Virus record (IMG/VR): IMGVR_UViG_3300045256_000857
Coordinates: 1 to 60,488 of that record
Reading direction: 5' to 3' (one strand)
Length of the DNA: 60,488 bases
Source: a virus
Lineage: Duplodnaviria; Caudoviricetes
The translations under genes and the position numbers were made by a program. The first letter of the stretch is position 1, and every line of letters starts with the position of its first letter. Of this stretch, positions 35,833 through 45,989 are shown one piece after another. The notes below the pieces were generated by a model. The model did not search any database and was not told where the DNA came from. It saw only the letters and a list, made by a program, of their open reading frames with translations.

Positions 35833-36254
35833 TGCGCTACGCCGAAGCCAGCGACCTCGAGAGTCCGTCCCTCGGCTTACCCCCGAGGGCGCTCGAGGAT
35901 GTAGACCCCGACGACACGCGCCGCGCGCTCGAGGACGCCTCGAGCCTGGCGAGCGGGTACTTGGGTCGCCGCTTCACCCTGCCGCTCATCGCCTGGGGCA
36001 ACGACCTCAAAGGCTGCGTGTGCAAGATCGCCGCGTACAACCTGCTCACCGGCTTGGGCTTCAACCCGATCAGCGGTTCGGCCGACGAACAGGTGCGCCT
36101 GCGCTACGAGGACGCGATGCGTTGGCTGACCGACGTGAGCAAAGGCATCGTCTACCCGGACGGCTTGACCGACTCGAGCCCGCCGGACGACTCGAGCGAC
36201 GACGATTTCGGCACGCCGGAATTCAACGGGTATGCCCGAAGGAACTGGCGATGA
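35832..36254 (+). CDS. Head-tail adaptor (Mu gp36/DUF1320-like)
   Basis: ALEDASSLASGYLGRRFTLPL..IAAYNL..RYEDAMRWL..VSKG. Confidence 0.85.
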   Translation: MRYAEASDLESPSLGLPPRALEDVDPDDTRRALEDASSLASGYLGRRFTLPLIAWGNDLKGCVCKIAAYNLLTGLGFNPISGSADEQVRLRYEDAMRWLTDVSKGIVYPDGLTDSSPPDDSSDDDFGTPEFNGYARRNWR

Positions 36255-36409
36255 GGGCGAGCCGTGCGATTGCCTCCATGCTGCTGCTCGCCGCGCTCGC
36301 CTCGAGCAACCAACCCGCGCTGGGCGGCGGTCGCTTCCAGTACCACGAGCCCAACTGGAACGCGCCCGACCCGAACCACCCCGCGAACCGGCGACGGAGG
36401 AAACGGTAG
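36251..36409 (+). CDS. Small basic protein with a hydrophobic N-terminus
   Basis: 52-aa ORF filling the gap, overlapping both neighbours. Confidence 0.45.
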   Translation: MRASRAIASMLLLAALASSNQPALGGGRFQYHEPNWNAPDPNHPANRRRRKR

Positions 36410-36891
36410 TGGTCATCAAAGGACTTGACCCGATGCTGGCGTATTTGAATCGTATTGCCAGCGGCAAAACCCAAGCGGACATGCTCGAGGCGGTCGGGAG
36501 CGCCCTCGTGGACGTGACCGCCGGGCGCTTCGCCAGCGAAACCGACCCCAGCGGTCGCCCGTGGGTCAAAAGCCAACGCGCGCTCGAGCAGGGCGGGCAG
36601 ACCTTGAGCGACAACGCCACACTGCGTCGCTCCTTTCGTTACCTTGTCGTCTCGAGCGACGCCGTGAGCTACGGCACGCCCGTCTGGTACGCCAAGGTGC
36701 ATCAAGACGGCATGGTCATCCAAGCCAAGCGCGGCAAGGCGTTGCGCTGGAACCAGGGCGGCACGCAACGCTTCGCGCGCAAAGTGACCATCCCCGAGCG
36801 CCGGATGCTGCCCGAGAACGAAGAACCCGAGGAGTACCAGCGCGCGGCCCGAGCCGCCGTTGGCGTCGTGCTGCTGAAAGGCGTGCCGTGA
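36409..36891 (+). CDS. Virion morphogenesis protein (Mu gpG-like)
   Basis: RFASETDPSGRPW..YAKVHQDG..VTIPERRML. Confidence 0.85.
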   Translation: MVIKGLDPMLAYLNRIASGKTQADMLEAVGSALVDVTAGRFASETDPSGRPWVKSQRALEQGGQTLSDNATLRRSFRYLVVSSDAVSYGTPVWYAKVHQDGMVIQAKRGKALRWNQGGTQRFARKVTIPERRMLPENEEPEEYQRAARAAVGVVLLKGVP

Positions 36892-37394
36892 TCCAAGAGT
36901 ATTTTGAGGCGCTCAAGGCTGAACTGGATACGGTCAGCGGCGGGGACTTCCCGGTCGAACTCAGTGCGCGCTTCCTGCACCGCCACGACGCGCCCCCTCG
37001 AGTCGTTCTCGTGCCGATGCAGGGCAACTGGACGGAGCCGAGCATCAGCACCATCGAAGACGAGGACAGCGACGACGGCTTGATAGCCGGTCAGATCAGT
37101 GACACGAGCTTCGACCGCAAAGTCAACATCCTTCATTACATCCTCGAAGCCGACCTTCAAAAAGCCGAGGCGCTGCTCGAGCAGATTGCCGGGGTGATTC
37201 AACGCATCGCCGGGGGACGGATCGAGAGCCTGTTCGAGGACTGGACGGTCGGGCAGCGCGATCAACTCGTGACCAAAGGCGAGGTCGTGACTTTGCACGT
37301 CACACTCAAAACCACCCTCCGCGATAGTGACGCGGACGCGAAGACGATTTTTGCCGATGTCATCACGCGCTGCGCCACCCTGCCCAACCCCTAG
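36888..37394 (+). CDS. Putative tail terminator/completion protein
   Basis: Position before the sheath; GTGA overlap. Confidence 0.6.
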   Translation: MIQEYFEALKAELDTVSGGDFPVELSARFLHRHDAPPRVVLVPMQGNWTEPSISTIEDEDSDDGLIAGQISDTSFDRKVNILHYILEADLQKAEALLEQIAGVIQRIAGGRIESLFEDWTVGQRDQLVTKGEVVTLHVTLKTTLRDSDADAKTIFADVITRCATLPNP

Positions 37395-37417
37395 GCGCGG
37401 CTGTCACGAGGAGAGCC

Positions 37418-37786
37418 ATGACCCAAAGAGCATCCAAAGCCGACAAGCTCGAGACCACCGCTGCGGACACCGGCAAACTTGGCACGACGCTGCAACTCGA
37501 GCCGCCCGTTACCCCCGCAGGCGAGACCGTCGTGACCGACCCGGAAACGACCACGACGACGGTTGTTGAGACGCAGACGACCACGACGACAACCACCGAG
37601 ACGAACGACGACACCACCGACGCCGACAAGCTCGAGCCGTTCGAGGTCTGGGCGGAGCGCGCGGGCACACCCAGCGACACCCTCGCGGGCGTCGTCTACC
37701 AGCAGCAATGGCCGGTCGGACGCGAGATGAAGCGCGCGGACTTCGACGCGGCGGTCACGGCGTTCCTCGAGACGCCCGTCGGCTAA
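37418..37786 (+). CDS. Hypothetical protein with a Thr-rich linker
   Basis: 122 aa; GAGGAG Shine-Dalgarno. Confidence 0.7.
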   Translation: MTQRASKADKLETTAADTGKLGTTLQLEPPVTPAGETVVTDPETTTTTVVETQTTTTTTTETNDDTTDADKLEPFEVWAERAGTPSDTLAGVVYQQQWPVGREMKRADFDAAVTAFLETPVG

Positions 37787-37801
37787 AAGGAGACCTGACC
37801 C

Positions 37802-39241
37802 ATGCCTAAAGGACCACTGCCCGACGCGTTCATTGACCTCTTGGACGGTCGCCTCGGCACGCTGCCCCCCAGCCTCGACGGTATTCACGCCAAGGTCGGC
37901 GTCTCGAGTCTCGGTGCGACCAACAGCGTCGTCACCATCACCAGCTTGGACGACGTGACCGCCAAGCTCGGCACGGGCCCGCTGGCGGAGAAGTGCGCCG
38001 CGACCCTGCAAATGGGCTTGCGTCCGATCTACGCCGTACCCGCCGGGGTGGGCACGGCTGGCAGCAACAGCACCGTCACCGTGACCCGCGCGAGCACGCC
38101 CGGCACGGCCAACCTCACCGTCTCCGGCACGCCCAGGGACGATTACGACGTGATCGTGCGCATCACCCGCGCGGCGGCGAACCTCGCCGCGAACCTCGCG
38201 GCGTTCCAGTTCTCCCTCGACGGCGGCGATAACTGGAGCCTCGAGACCAGCGTGCCCGTCGGTGGGGCGTACAACGTCCTCGCGGCGGAGACGGGTCTGA
38301 CGCTGACCTTCGTAGACGGCACGTTCGTCGTCGATGAGACCTTCGCTTTCCGCTCCACGGGTCCCGTGATGAGCGCGGGCACGATGGGCACGGCCGTGGA
38401 TGCGGTCATCGGCAGCATCTACGGTTTCGAGGCGATTCACGTCGTCGGCTCGTGCCCGGCTGCGGTCGCCGTCGCCTTCGACGCCAAGCTCGTCGCCGCG
38501 AGGAACGCGTTCAAGTACCTGTGCGGCATCGTGGAAACGCGCATGCCGACGGCTGCGGAAACCGTGGATCAGTGGAAGACGGCGATTGCCACCGACTACG
38601 TGAACTTCTCCAGCAAGTTCGTCAGCGTCGTCGCCGCGTGGGGCGAGGTCGTCAGCCAACTCACCGGGCGTCAGAACCGCGCTAACCTCGGTGCGCAGTT
38701 CGTCGGGTGGAGCTTGCAGGGCGACGTGTCCGCGAGCCCCGGCGAGGTCATCCGCGGCGGCGTGCCGCAGATCGTCTCTCTCGGGCACAACGAGTACCTC
38801 AGCCCCGGACTGGACGCCGCGCGCTTCGTCACCTTCCGCACGTACGACGGCATCAACGGCTTCTACATCACGAACTGGATGAGCGCCGCCGGGGTGCTCA
38901 GCGACTTCCAATTCGGCGAGCGTGGACGCACCATCAACAAAGTCTGCCGCCTCGAGCGCCTGGCCGCGCTGCGCTTCGTCCACAGCAAGGTGCGCGTCAC
39001 CCGTGACGGCAAACTCGACCCGCGCGACCTGGGACCGATCCAGGCGTACCTCGAGAACCCGCTCAACGAGATGCAAGCGCGCAACGAGATCAGCAACTTC
39101 ACCGTCACCATCAACCCCGACCAGAACATCCTCAGCACCAGCACCATCTTCGTGGACATCGCCGTCGTGCCCGTGGGCATCGCCCGCTGGATCGGCATGA
39201 CCATCGGCTTCGCCAACCCGCGCCTCCAAGTCGCGGCTTAA
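37802..39241 (+). CDS. Tail sheath protein (DUF2586-like)
   Basis: LGTGPL, LDAARFVTFRTYDG..GFY, SDFQ..R.INK, PDQNILST. Confidence 0.88.
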   Translation: MPKGPLPDAFIDLLDGRLGTLPPSLDGIHAKVGVSSLGATNSVVTITSLDDVTAKLGTGPLAEKCAATLQMGLRPIYAVPAGVGTAGSNSTVTVTRASTPGTANLTVSGTPRDDYDVIVRITRAAANLAANLAAFQFSLDGGDNWSLETSVPVGGAYNVLAAETGLTLTFVDGTFVVDETFAFRSTGPVMSAGTMGTAVDAVIGSIYGFEAIHVVGSCPAAVAVAFDAKLVAARNAFKYLCGIVETRMPTAAETVDQWKTAIATDYVNFSSKFVSVVAAWGEVVSQLTGRQNRANLGAQFVGWSLQGDVSASPGEVIRGGVPQIVSLGHNEYLSPGLDAARFVTFRTYDGINGFYITNWMSAAGVLSDFQFGERGRTINKVCRLERLAALRFVHSKVRVTRDGKLDPRDLGPIQAYLENPLNEMQARNEISNFTVTINPDQNILSTSTIFVDIAVVPVGIARWIGMTIGFANPRLQVAA

Positions 39242-39255
39242 AGGAGGCGTGACTC

Positions 39256-39717
39256 ATGGCTAAAAGCAATCAGGGCGCATTCGTCAACGGTCAGTTTTAC
39301 AACTGGGCGAGGACGGAATGGAGCCTCGGCGGAGACCGCGTCGTCGCCATCAAGAGCATGGACTGGGACGACGAACTCGAGCGCGAAATGGTCTACGGCG
39401 CGGGCAACCAACCGCTGGGCACGGCGGAAGGCAACTACAAAGCCTCGTGGAAGGCGACCGTCTACCTCGAGGACTTCCAGGACATCGTCGCGCCGAAGCT
39501 CGGCAATATCCTCTACGAGCACGACCCGTTCGACGTGACCGTGATGTACGCCAAGCCCGGCGGGCCCACGGTGCGCCGCGACATCAAAGGCATTCGCATC
39601 ACGAAGATCACTGAGAAAGGCGCGCAGAACGACAAGGAAGCCGTCGTGGAAATCGAGGGGATGCCGACGGCGATCTGGCGCGACGGTAAGAAACCCGTCC
39701 GCGTCGGCTCGAGCTAA
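39256..39717 (+). CDS. Tail tube protein
   Basis: NGQFYNW..VYGAGNQPLG..GNYKA; follows the sheath. Confidence 0.82.
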   Translation: MAKSNQGAFVNGQFYNWARTEWSLGGDRVVAIKSMDWDDELEREMVYGAGNQPLGTAEGNYKASWKATVYLEDFQDIVAPKLGNILYEHDPFDVTVMYAKPGGPTVRRDIKGIRITKITEKGAQNDKEAVVEIEGMPTAIWRDGKKPVRVGSS

Positions 39718-39736
39718 GCCCTAACCCTGGTACGAC

Positions 39737-39766
39737 CAGCCGCTCCCCAGGGGGCGGCTGTATTTC
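39737..39766 (+). terminator. Terminator after the tube gene
   Basis: CAGCCGC..GCGGCTG stem + TATTT. Confidence 0.55.
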
Positions 39767-39781
39767 AAAGCGGAGGAACGC

Positions 39782-40093
39782 ATGGAAATCCCGAAGGAAA
39801 CCGTCCAGCAACTCAAAACCGAGCACCCCGGCGTGCAACTGTACCGCGTCACCAACTCGAAGCTCGAGTTCATCCTTCGTCCGCCCACCGAAGCCGAATT
39901 CAAGCGCTGGCAGGACACGAACAAGAACGACCCGCTCGCCGGTGATCGCCTCGTGACCGACTGCGTACTGTACCCGAGCGCCGACGACTTCAAGGGGTTG
40001 GTCAGCCTCAAACCCGCGCTCGTCGCCAGCCTGGGTGAAAAGGTGCTCGAGATCGCCGGGTTCGACCAGAACGCACGGGTGGAAGAACTGTAG
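39782..40093 (+). CDS. Tail assembly chaperone
   Basis: LRPPTEAEF..DCVLYPS; between tube and tape measure. Confidence 0.75.
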   Translation: MEIPKETVQQLKTEHPGVQLYRVTNSKLEFILRPPTEAEFKRWQDTNKNDPLAGDRLVTDCVLYPSADDFKGLVSLKPALVASLGEKVLEIAGFDQNARVEEL

Positions 40094-40469
40094 CCCTCCT
40101 GCGCCGCGCCCGCGAGGACGACGACCTCCTCGCCGCGCGGTGTCTCCTCGCTGCCCGACGTGGCGAGGAAACAATGGAGGGCATCGTCGGGGCGCTGTTG
40201 GAACTTGACCACTGGCGCACAGTGGAAGCGGTCGCCAAAGCGCTCGCGGAGTGAGTTGGGGGGCTTCTGCGCTCCCGTGCAGCCCGCACTTTCATCCCCA
40301 AACCCATGTGGGGCGGGTCGCTCCGACGGTGTAGCGCGCACCGCAAGCGCAGACGCGCCGCTGACCTCGAGACGGTCAACTCCCCGCCCGGCTGTGTTTG
40401 GGCGGGTCAATTTTTGGCGTAGCCTCGAGTGACGCACCGGGTCACGCGCGCACGCGACGATGCGCGGGT

Positions 40470-43400
40470 ATGGCGTTCAGCATCGAAGCCCTGTTCTTCC
40501 TGCGCGACCGTGCGTCGGGACCGGCGCGGGGCATCGCGGCGGCGGCGCAGGCGGCCGGAACGCGACTCAAGGGCGCGGGCGCGCAAGGGCAGGCGGCCGG
40601 AACGAAGATCGGCGTTGCGGCCCAGGCGGCCGGTACAAAACTGCGCGGTGCGGGCGGTGCGGCTCAGGCTGCTGGCGCGCAGATCAGCGGTGCGGCGCAA
40701 ACGGCGGGCACGAAACTCAAGGGCTTGGGCGCGCAGGCCCAGGGCGCAGCCGACAAGCTCGAGGTGCTGAAACGCCAGGCGCTCGCCGCCGGAGTTGCAG
40801 CGGACAAGCTCAACGGGGCGTACATCAACGCGGGCGGCAAACTCGTGGATGCCAGCGGGCGCTTCCTCCAAGTGACGCGGCAAGCCCAGGGCGCGACGCG
40901 CGCCATGACCGGCTTCGGCGGGGTTGCCGCTCGAGCGCTCGAGCGCGCACGGACCACCGCGCAGCGCTTCGGTCAGGACCTCGAGCGCATCGGTCAGATC
41001 AGCGGTCGCGTCGCCGTCGCCTTGGGTGTGCTCGGGGCAGCCACTATCTTCACAGGCAAGAGCATCGTGGATGCAGTCGGCTTCAAAGAGCAAACCCTGA
41101 TCGGCTTTGAAACGCAGTTGGGCAGCAGCACGAAGGCGCTCAATACGTACCGCTTCGCGTTGGCGTTCGCCGCGCGCACGCCGTTCGAGACGCCGGAGAT
41201 CATCAGCGCGACGCAGCGCCTGATGGCCTTCAATTTCACCGGACGGCAAATCCCTCGAGTACTCGAAGCAGCGGGCAATGCCGCCAGCGGCTTGGGCAAA
41301 GGGTCGTTCGGCATGGATCGCATCCTGACCACGCTCGGGCAGATCAAAGCCAAGGGGCGCTTACAGGGCGACGAGCTACTCCAACTCTCGGAGATCGGCG
41401 TGAACGCCCGCACGATGCTCGAGCAAGCCTACGGCGTGACCGGCAAGGCGATGGACAAGCTCATCAGCAACGGCGCGATCAGCGCGGACACCGCCATCGG
41501 CATCATCGTGCGCGGGATGGAGAAGAAATTCCCGAAGATGATGGACAAGCAGTCCAAGAGCATCTTCGGACTGGTCAGCACGCTCAAGTCGCGTCCGTTT
41601 GAACTGTTCCAGAGCCTCGACGCGAACAAGGAACTCGAGCCGTTCAAGCGCGTGCTCCAGAACCTCGCGGCGATCACCGACTTCGACAACAACCCCGTCG
41701 GGAAACGCATCCGCAAACGCTTCCTCTCGAGCGTTGGCGGCTTGTTCCAGAGCGTCTTCGGGCGCATCGCGGACTTCACCGACCCCAAGGCGATGGAGCG
41801 CACCGTGAACCGCGCCTTCGACACGCTGGACCGTTTCAGCGCGTGGATTGCCCGCGAGGGGCCGGTCATCGTCCGCGGCGTTCAGGATTTCGGCGCGGGT
41901 GTGCGCGACGGCTTTGCCGCCGTCAAAAGCGCCTACGAGTTCGTGCGTCCGTTCCTCGAGGGTGCGGCGGGATTGCTTCAGAAGATCATCCCGCAGGGCG
42001 ATGGGGGCGGCTCGAGCCTGGCGCGACTCGCCGGGCAGGTCCTCGCCTTGGGCGGCGCGCTGAAGCTCCTCAACGTCGTCACACTGGGCGCGAGCGGGTC
42101 ACTGACGCGTTTCCTCTTGCAAAGCGTGGGGCGCGTGGTCAGCGTGCCCGTGCGCTTCGTTGGCAGAGCGGCGGGCGGGTTGCTGTCGAGGGCAGCGCAG
42201 AGCGCGGTGCAGCGCTCCCCAGTGTTGAACCTCGGACGGCGCGCGGTGCAAGGCGTGCGCGGCGTGGGGCGCGATGTGCTCGGGAACATGCGTGAAGCCG
42301 GGCGCGGCGCGGTGAGTTTCGTCCGCGAACGCATCCCCGTCGCTCGAGCCGCAGCCACTCGAGGGGCGCGGTCACTGTTGACGCGCGTGGTCAGCACGAC
42401 CAAAACAGTCGGCATCAACATCCTGACGCGCGGTGTCGGGGCGCTCAGAACCGGCGTGGGCGTCGTGAAGAGCGTCGGACTCGCCGCGCTGCGCGCCGGA
42501 GGGCAGTTGCTGCTCATCACCGCTCGAGCCGGGCTCGGGTTGCTGCGCCTGGCCGCCCAGGGCTTGCTGATGGGCGCGCGACTCGCGGCGGCGTGGCTGA
42601 TCGGCATGGGGCCCATCGGTTGGATCATCGGCGGTATCGCGCTGATCGGCGCGGGGTTGGTGCTGGTGTACAACCGCGTCGGGTGGTTCAGGGATGGTGT
42701 GAACGCCGCGTGGTCGTGGATCAAACAGGCAACCAGCGACACCGCCGCGTGGATCGGCACAGCGTTCACGAATGCGGTTAACTTCGTGGGCACATTACCG
42801 GGCAAGATCGCCGGGTTCTTCTCCGGCTTGCCCGACCGCATCGCTGGCTTCCTGCGCACGCTGCCCGACAAGCTACTCGGCATCGGTCAAGCGGTGCTGG
42901 ACGCCGTGATTCCCAAGGGCATCCGCGACGCGATAGGCGGGGCGGTGTCGTGGGTCGGGGATACCGCCAAGAACGCCGCGAACGCGTTCAACAACGCGGT
43001 GGGCAACGGCGCGAACGGCGCGCAGGCAGCGGGTGCGCGCTTGGCTCGAGGAGCGGCGCAGGGTACAGCCGGGGCGTTGCAGATTCGTTCGCCGTCACGG
43101 GTGATGACGGGGTACGGCGTGAACGCGGGCTCGAGCTTCGCCGGGGGCATGGACCGCACCGCGCGCAGCGTGTCCCGAGCCGCGCAGCGCCTCGCCCGAG
43201 CCGCCGCGCCCAGTGTCCAGCGTCGCGCCGCGCCGCGAGCAGCCGTCGTCCCGACGCCGCTGGCGCAGCGGGCAGCGCAACCCGTGAACCCCGCACCGCT
43301 GCAAGCCCCTCGCCTCGAGCCGCGCGTGATCGCCCCGAAACCGCTGGAGCGGGTCACGCCGAGGGTAGAGGTTGTTTCACCGCCCGCGCCGGTCGCCCGC

Positions 43401-43604
43401 GTGCTGCCCCAAGCGCCCGCGCCGAGCATGACACCCGCACCGCGCACCTCGAGCCCGGTGACGTTCGCCGCCGGAAGCATCGTCATTCAAGTCGCTGCCG
43501 CAGCGCAGCAAAGCCCGCGCGAGGTCGCCGCCGAGGTCGCGGACATCCTCGAGGAACGCCTCGAGTTGACCGCGTTGCGCATGGGCGCGGCGCTGCAAGG
43601 ATAA
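40470..43604 (+). CDS. Tape measure protein
   Basis: FAARTPFE, LGQIKAKGRLQGDELLQL, Ala/Gly-rich, LQIRSPSRVM. Confidence 0.92.
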   Translation: MAFSIEALFFLRDRASGPARGIAAAAQAAGTRLKGAGAQGQAAGTKIGVAAQAAGTKLRGAGGAAQAAGAQISGAAQTAGTKLKGLGAQAQGAADKLEVLKRQALAAGVAADKLNGAYINAGGKLVDASGRFLQVTRQAQGATRAMTGFGGVAARALERARTTAQRFGQDLERIGQISGRVAVALGVLGAATIFTGKSIVDAVGFKEQTLIGFETQLGSSTKALNTYRFALAFAARTPFETPEIISATQRLMAFNFTGRQIPRVLEAAGNAASGLGKGSFGMDRILTTLGQIKAKGRLQGDELLQLSEIGVNARTMLEQAYGVTGKAMDKLISNGAISADTAIGIIVRGMEKKFPKMMDKQSKSIFGLVSTLKSRPFELFQSLDANKELEPFKRVLQNLAAITDFDNNPVGKRIRKRFLSSVGGLFQSVFGRIADFTDPKAMERTVNRAFDTLDRFSAWIAREGPVIVRGVQDFGAGVRDGFAAVKSAYEFVRPFLEGAAGLLQKIIPQGDGGGSSLARLAGQVLALGGALKLLNVVTLGASGSLTRFLLQSVGRVVSVPVRFVGRAAGGLLSRAAQSAVQRSPVLNLGRRAVQGVRGVGRDVLGNMREAGRGAVSFVRERIPVARAAATRGARSLLTRVVSTTKTVGINILTRGVGALRTGVGVVKSVGLAALRAGGQLLLITARAGLGLLRLAAQGLLMGARLAAAWLIGMGPIGWIIGGIALIGAGLVLVYNRVGWFRDGVNAAWSWIKQATSDTAAWIGTAFTNAVNFVGTLPGKIAGFFSGLPDRIAGFLRTLPDKLLGIGQAVLDAVIPKGIRDAIGGAVSWVGDTAKNAANAFNNAVGNGANGAQAAGARLARGAAQGTAGALQIRSPSRVMTGYGVNAGSSFAGGMDRTARSVSRAAQRLARAAAPSVQRRAAPRAAVVPTPLAQRAAQPVNPAPLQAPRLEPRVIAPKPLERVTPRVEVVSPPAPVARVLPQAPAPSMTPAPRTSSPVTFAAGSIVIQVAAAAQQSPREVAAEVADILEERLELTALRMGAALQG

Positions 43605-43606
43605 CC

Positions 43607-44179
43607 ATGCCCAACATCGGACTTCCTCAACGCAACCCCGCCGTGTGGCAGACGCTCGAATTGGACGGCAAACCGTTGCCGGGCGTGATTCAAAAGGCGC
43701 GCATCGGCGGCAACCTCTTGATGCAGCAGGAGCAGATCAGCGGGCAGAACGGCACACTGCTCGCCAACGCACAGTGGAGCGAGGACAGCGCCACGTTCGT
43801 GCTCAAGGTCAGCACCGAAGCCGAGATCAAACGCCTGGGCGAGTTCCGCACCGCGTACAAGAACCGCCCTGGTCAAAACCCGCGCGTGGTCAGCGTGCGT
43901 CACCCGGTGCTGCAACTCTTTGGGGTGTACCAGATGATCGTCAGCGGCATCGAACTCGAGTACGAACCGGAGACGTGGAAGAACATCATCGTCGCCACCA
44001 TCACCCTGACCAACATCACGCCGAAGGTCGAGAAGAAAAAGACCGATGGGACCTCGAGCGCCAAACCTGCGATCAAGCCCGGCGACGCGGCGAGCTTCGA
44101 CGATTACAACGCGTCCTTCGACATCACCGAACCCCCGCCCGCCAAACCCAGCGCCACGCCGCCGCCGGTGAAGCCGTGA
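43607..44179 (+). CDS. Tail/baseplate protein
   Basis: 190 aa directly after the tape measure. Confidence 0.65.
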   Translation: MPNIGLPQRNPAVWQTLELDGKPLPGVIQKARIGGNLLMQQEQISGQNGTLLANAQWSEDSATFVLKVSTEAEIKRLGEFRTAYKNRPGQNPRVVSVRHPVLQLFGVYQMIVSGIELEYEPETWKNIIVATITLTNITPKVEKKKTDGTSSAKPAIKPGDAASFDDYNASFDITEPPPAKPSATPPPVKP

Positions 44180-44847
44180 CGCTCGCGGTCATCAACCGCA
44201 TCCCCGTGGTGCGTTTGAGCGTCGTGCGTCGTCGCAGCGGTCGCGCGTCGGTGCAAGCGACCCTGGGCGTGGGACTCGAGGACGCCGGGTTGAGCCTCGA
44301 GGCTCCGGTCGCGCTGGAGATCGGCGGTGTGACCGCGTTCGAGGGCAGCACGTGGCGCTTAGGGCGCGCGGGCGGGTTAGCGGTGCTCACGGCCCGTGAC
44401 GGCGCGGGACTCGAGGCTGTGCTGCCGCCGAAGTACTACAAGGACACCACGTTCAACCTCGTCGCCACGGACATCCTGCGCGAAGCGGGTGAGCGCGGCG
44501 TGGTCAACCTGCCCGGCGAATTCGCGCGTTACTCGCGCCTCGAAGCTCCCGGCTACCGCGCCTTGCAAGCGCTGTTGTTCGAGCAGATCGGCGCGAATTG
44601 GCGCACGCGCTTGGACGGGTCACTCGTCGTCGGTGCGCACGACCCCGGCGCGGCGAGCCTCGAGTGGGGCGAGGATTTGCTCGGCAGCAACCCGGAGCGC
44701 AACCGCTTCGAGGCACTGATCTCCCCAAGCCTCGAGCCGGGCATGACCCTCACCGTCAACCCCTACGGCGAGGCGCGCACGGGCGTGTTGCAGATGCTCG
44801 AGCACTGCATAGACGGCGCGCGTTCGAGGACGTACCTGTGGCTCTAG
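44176..44847 (+). CDS. Baseplate hub-like protein
   Basis: Position; GTGA overlap. Confidence 0.6.
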   Translation: MTLAVINRIPVVRLSVVRRRSGRASVQATLGVGLEDAGLSLEAPVALEIGGVTAFEGSTWRLGRAGGLAVLTARDGAGLEAVLPPKYYKDTTFNLVATDILREAGERGVVNLPGEFARYSRLEAPGYRALQALLFEQIGANWRTRLDGSLVVGAHDPGAASLEWGEDLLGSNPERNRFEALISPSLEPGMTLTVNPYGEARTGVLQMLEHCIDGARSRTYLWL

Positions 44848-45551
44848 ACCGCTTCTGGGCGGCGATCCAGGACCTCGTGCGCTCGAGCGTGCCGGTCGTG
44901 GATTACTTCGCTGCGTACCCCGCGACGGTGCTGATCTGCCACGGTGACAACACCCTGGACGTGCGCCCGGACAGTCCGCGCCTGGCGGACCTGACCGACG
45001 TACCGCTGCGCGGCTTCGTGCCCGGCGCACTGGTCAAGGTCAAAAAAGGCGCGCGGGTCCTCTTGCACTTTGACGAGGGCGACCGCGCCAAGCCATTCGT
45101 GCGCCCCGACTGGGATGCGGGTGCGCTCGAATACCTGATGATTCCCACGGGTTTGGGACAGCGCTTCATCCTGGACGACGACCGCGACGGTGGGTACGCC
45201 AACCCCATCGTGCGGCTCGAGAACCACATGGGCGAGAAGCTCGAGTTCTTGGCGACGCCGAAGATCGCGCGTTTCCAGGGGCGCGACGGCGAGAAGCTCG
45301 AGATTGACGAGAACGCCAAAACCTTGAAACTCATCGCCGGAACCGAGGTCATCACCTTGGACAAGGTTGCCAAGACCATCACGATCACCAGCCTGCTCGG
45401 GGTGACGATCAACACGACCGCCGGAGACACGACGATCAACGCGAGCGGGCAGGTGCTCCTGGGTGGCGGTGGCGCTCCGGTCGCTCGAGTGGGTGACACG
45501 GTGAGCGGTGGCGTCATCACCAGCGGCTCGAGCAAGGTTCGCGCGGGGTGA
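44838..45551 (+). CDS. Baseplate spike (gpV/gp45-like)
   Basis: OB-like N-terminus; C-terminal VARVGD..ITSGSSKVRAG. Confidence 0.75.
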   Translation: MALDRFWAAIQDLVRSSVPVVDYFAAYPATVLICHGDNTLDVRPDSPRLADLTDVPLRGFVPGALVKVKKGARVLLHFDEGDRAKPFVRPDWDAGALEYLMIPTGLGQRFILDDDRDGGYANPIVRLENHMGEKLEFLATPKIARFQGRDGEKLEIDENAKTLKLIAGTEVITLDKVAKTITITSLLGVTINTTAGDTTINASGQVLLGGGGAPVARVGDTVSGGVITSGSSKVRAG

Positions 45552-45599
45552 CGCGGCGAGACGCACCCGGCACGCTCAGACAGGACGATGGACGGCAGC

Positions 45600-45989
45600 A
45601 TGGCTTCTGTCGTTGACCCGTACACCTGGGCTGACCTGACCGCGCTGCCCGACCTGGACAACCGCGTCGTGCGCGGCCCTCGAGTGCTTTTGGAGGCGCT
45701 CGCGCGGCGGCTTATCACGCCCCGAGGCGGCTTGTGGTACGACGCGAGTTACGGCTTCGACCTGCGCACGTACCTGCACAGCCGCGACCTACCCGCCGTG
45801 CGCTACGCGATTGAAACCGGCGTCGAAGCCCAGGTTCTCCTAGACCCGCGCGTGCTCGAGGCGAACTGCACCGTCGTTCGCCTGGTGCGCGACACGCTGG
45901 AATGCACGCTGACGCTCGAGACGACCATCGGACCGTGGGCAGGCATCGTCAAGGTCAGCGACCTGACCGTGGAGATCCTCGATGGCTAA
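45600..45989 (+). CDS. Baseplate wedge protein (gp25/gpW-like)
   Basis: RRLITPRG..YGFDL..DPRV. Confidence 0.75.
   Translation: MASVVDPYTWADLTALPDLDNRVVRGPRVLLEALARRLITPRGGLWYDASYGFDLRTYLHSRDLPAVRYAIETGVEAQVLLDPRVLEANCTVVRLVRDTLECTLTLETTIGPWAGIVKVSDLTVEILDG

Noticed and set aside
36251-36409. Second signalling pre-peptide
   Set aside because: The hydrophobic N-terminus is weak, the tail is Arg-rich, there is no adjacent receptor, and it sits inside the head-tail operon
37545-37625. ACG/ACC microsatellite-like tract
   Set aside because: Explained by a Thr-rich low-complexity linker in 37418-37786
33171-39229. Long antisense ORFs (e.g. 33171-35327, 37391-39229, also 31811-33325 and 19695-21212)
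   Set aside because: Shadow ORFs expected opposite real genes in high-GC DNA; no recognisable motifs
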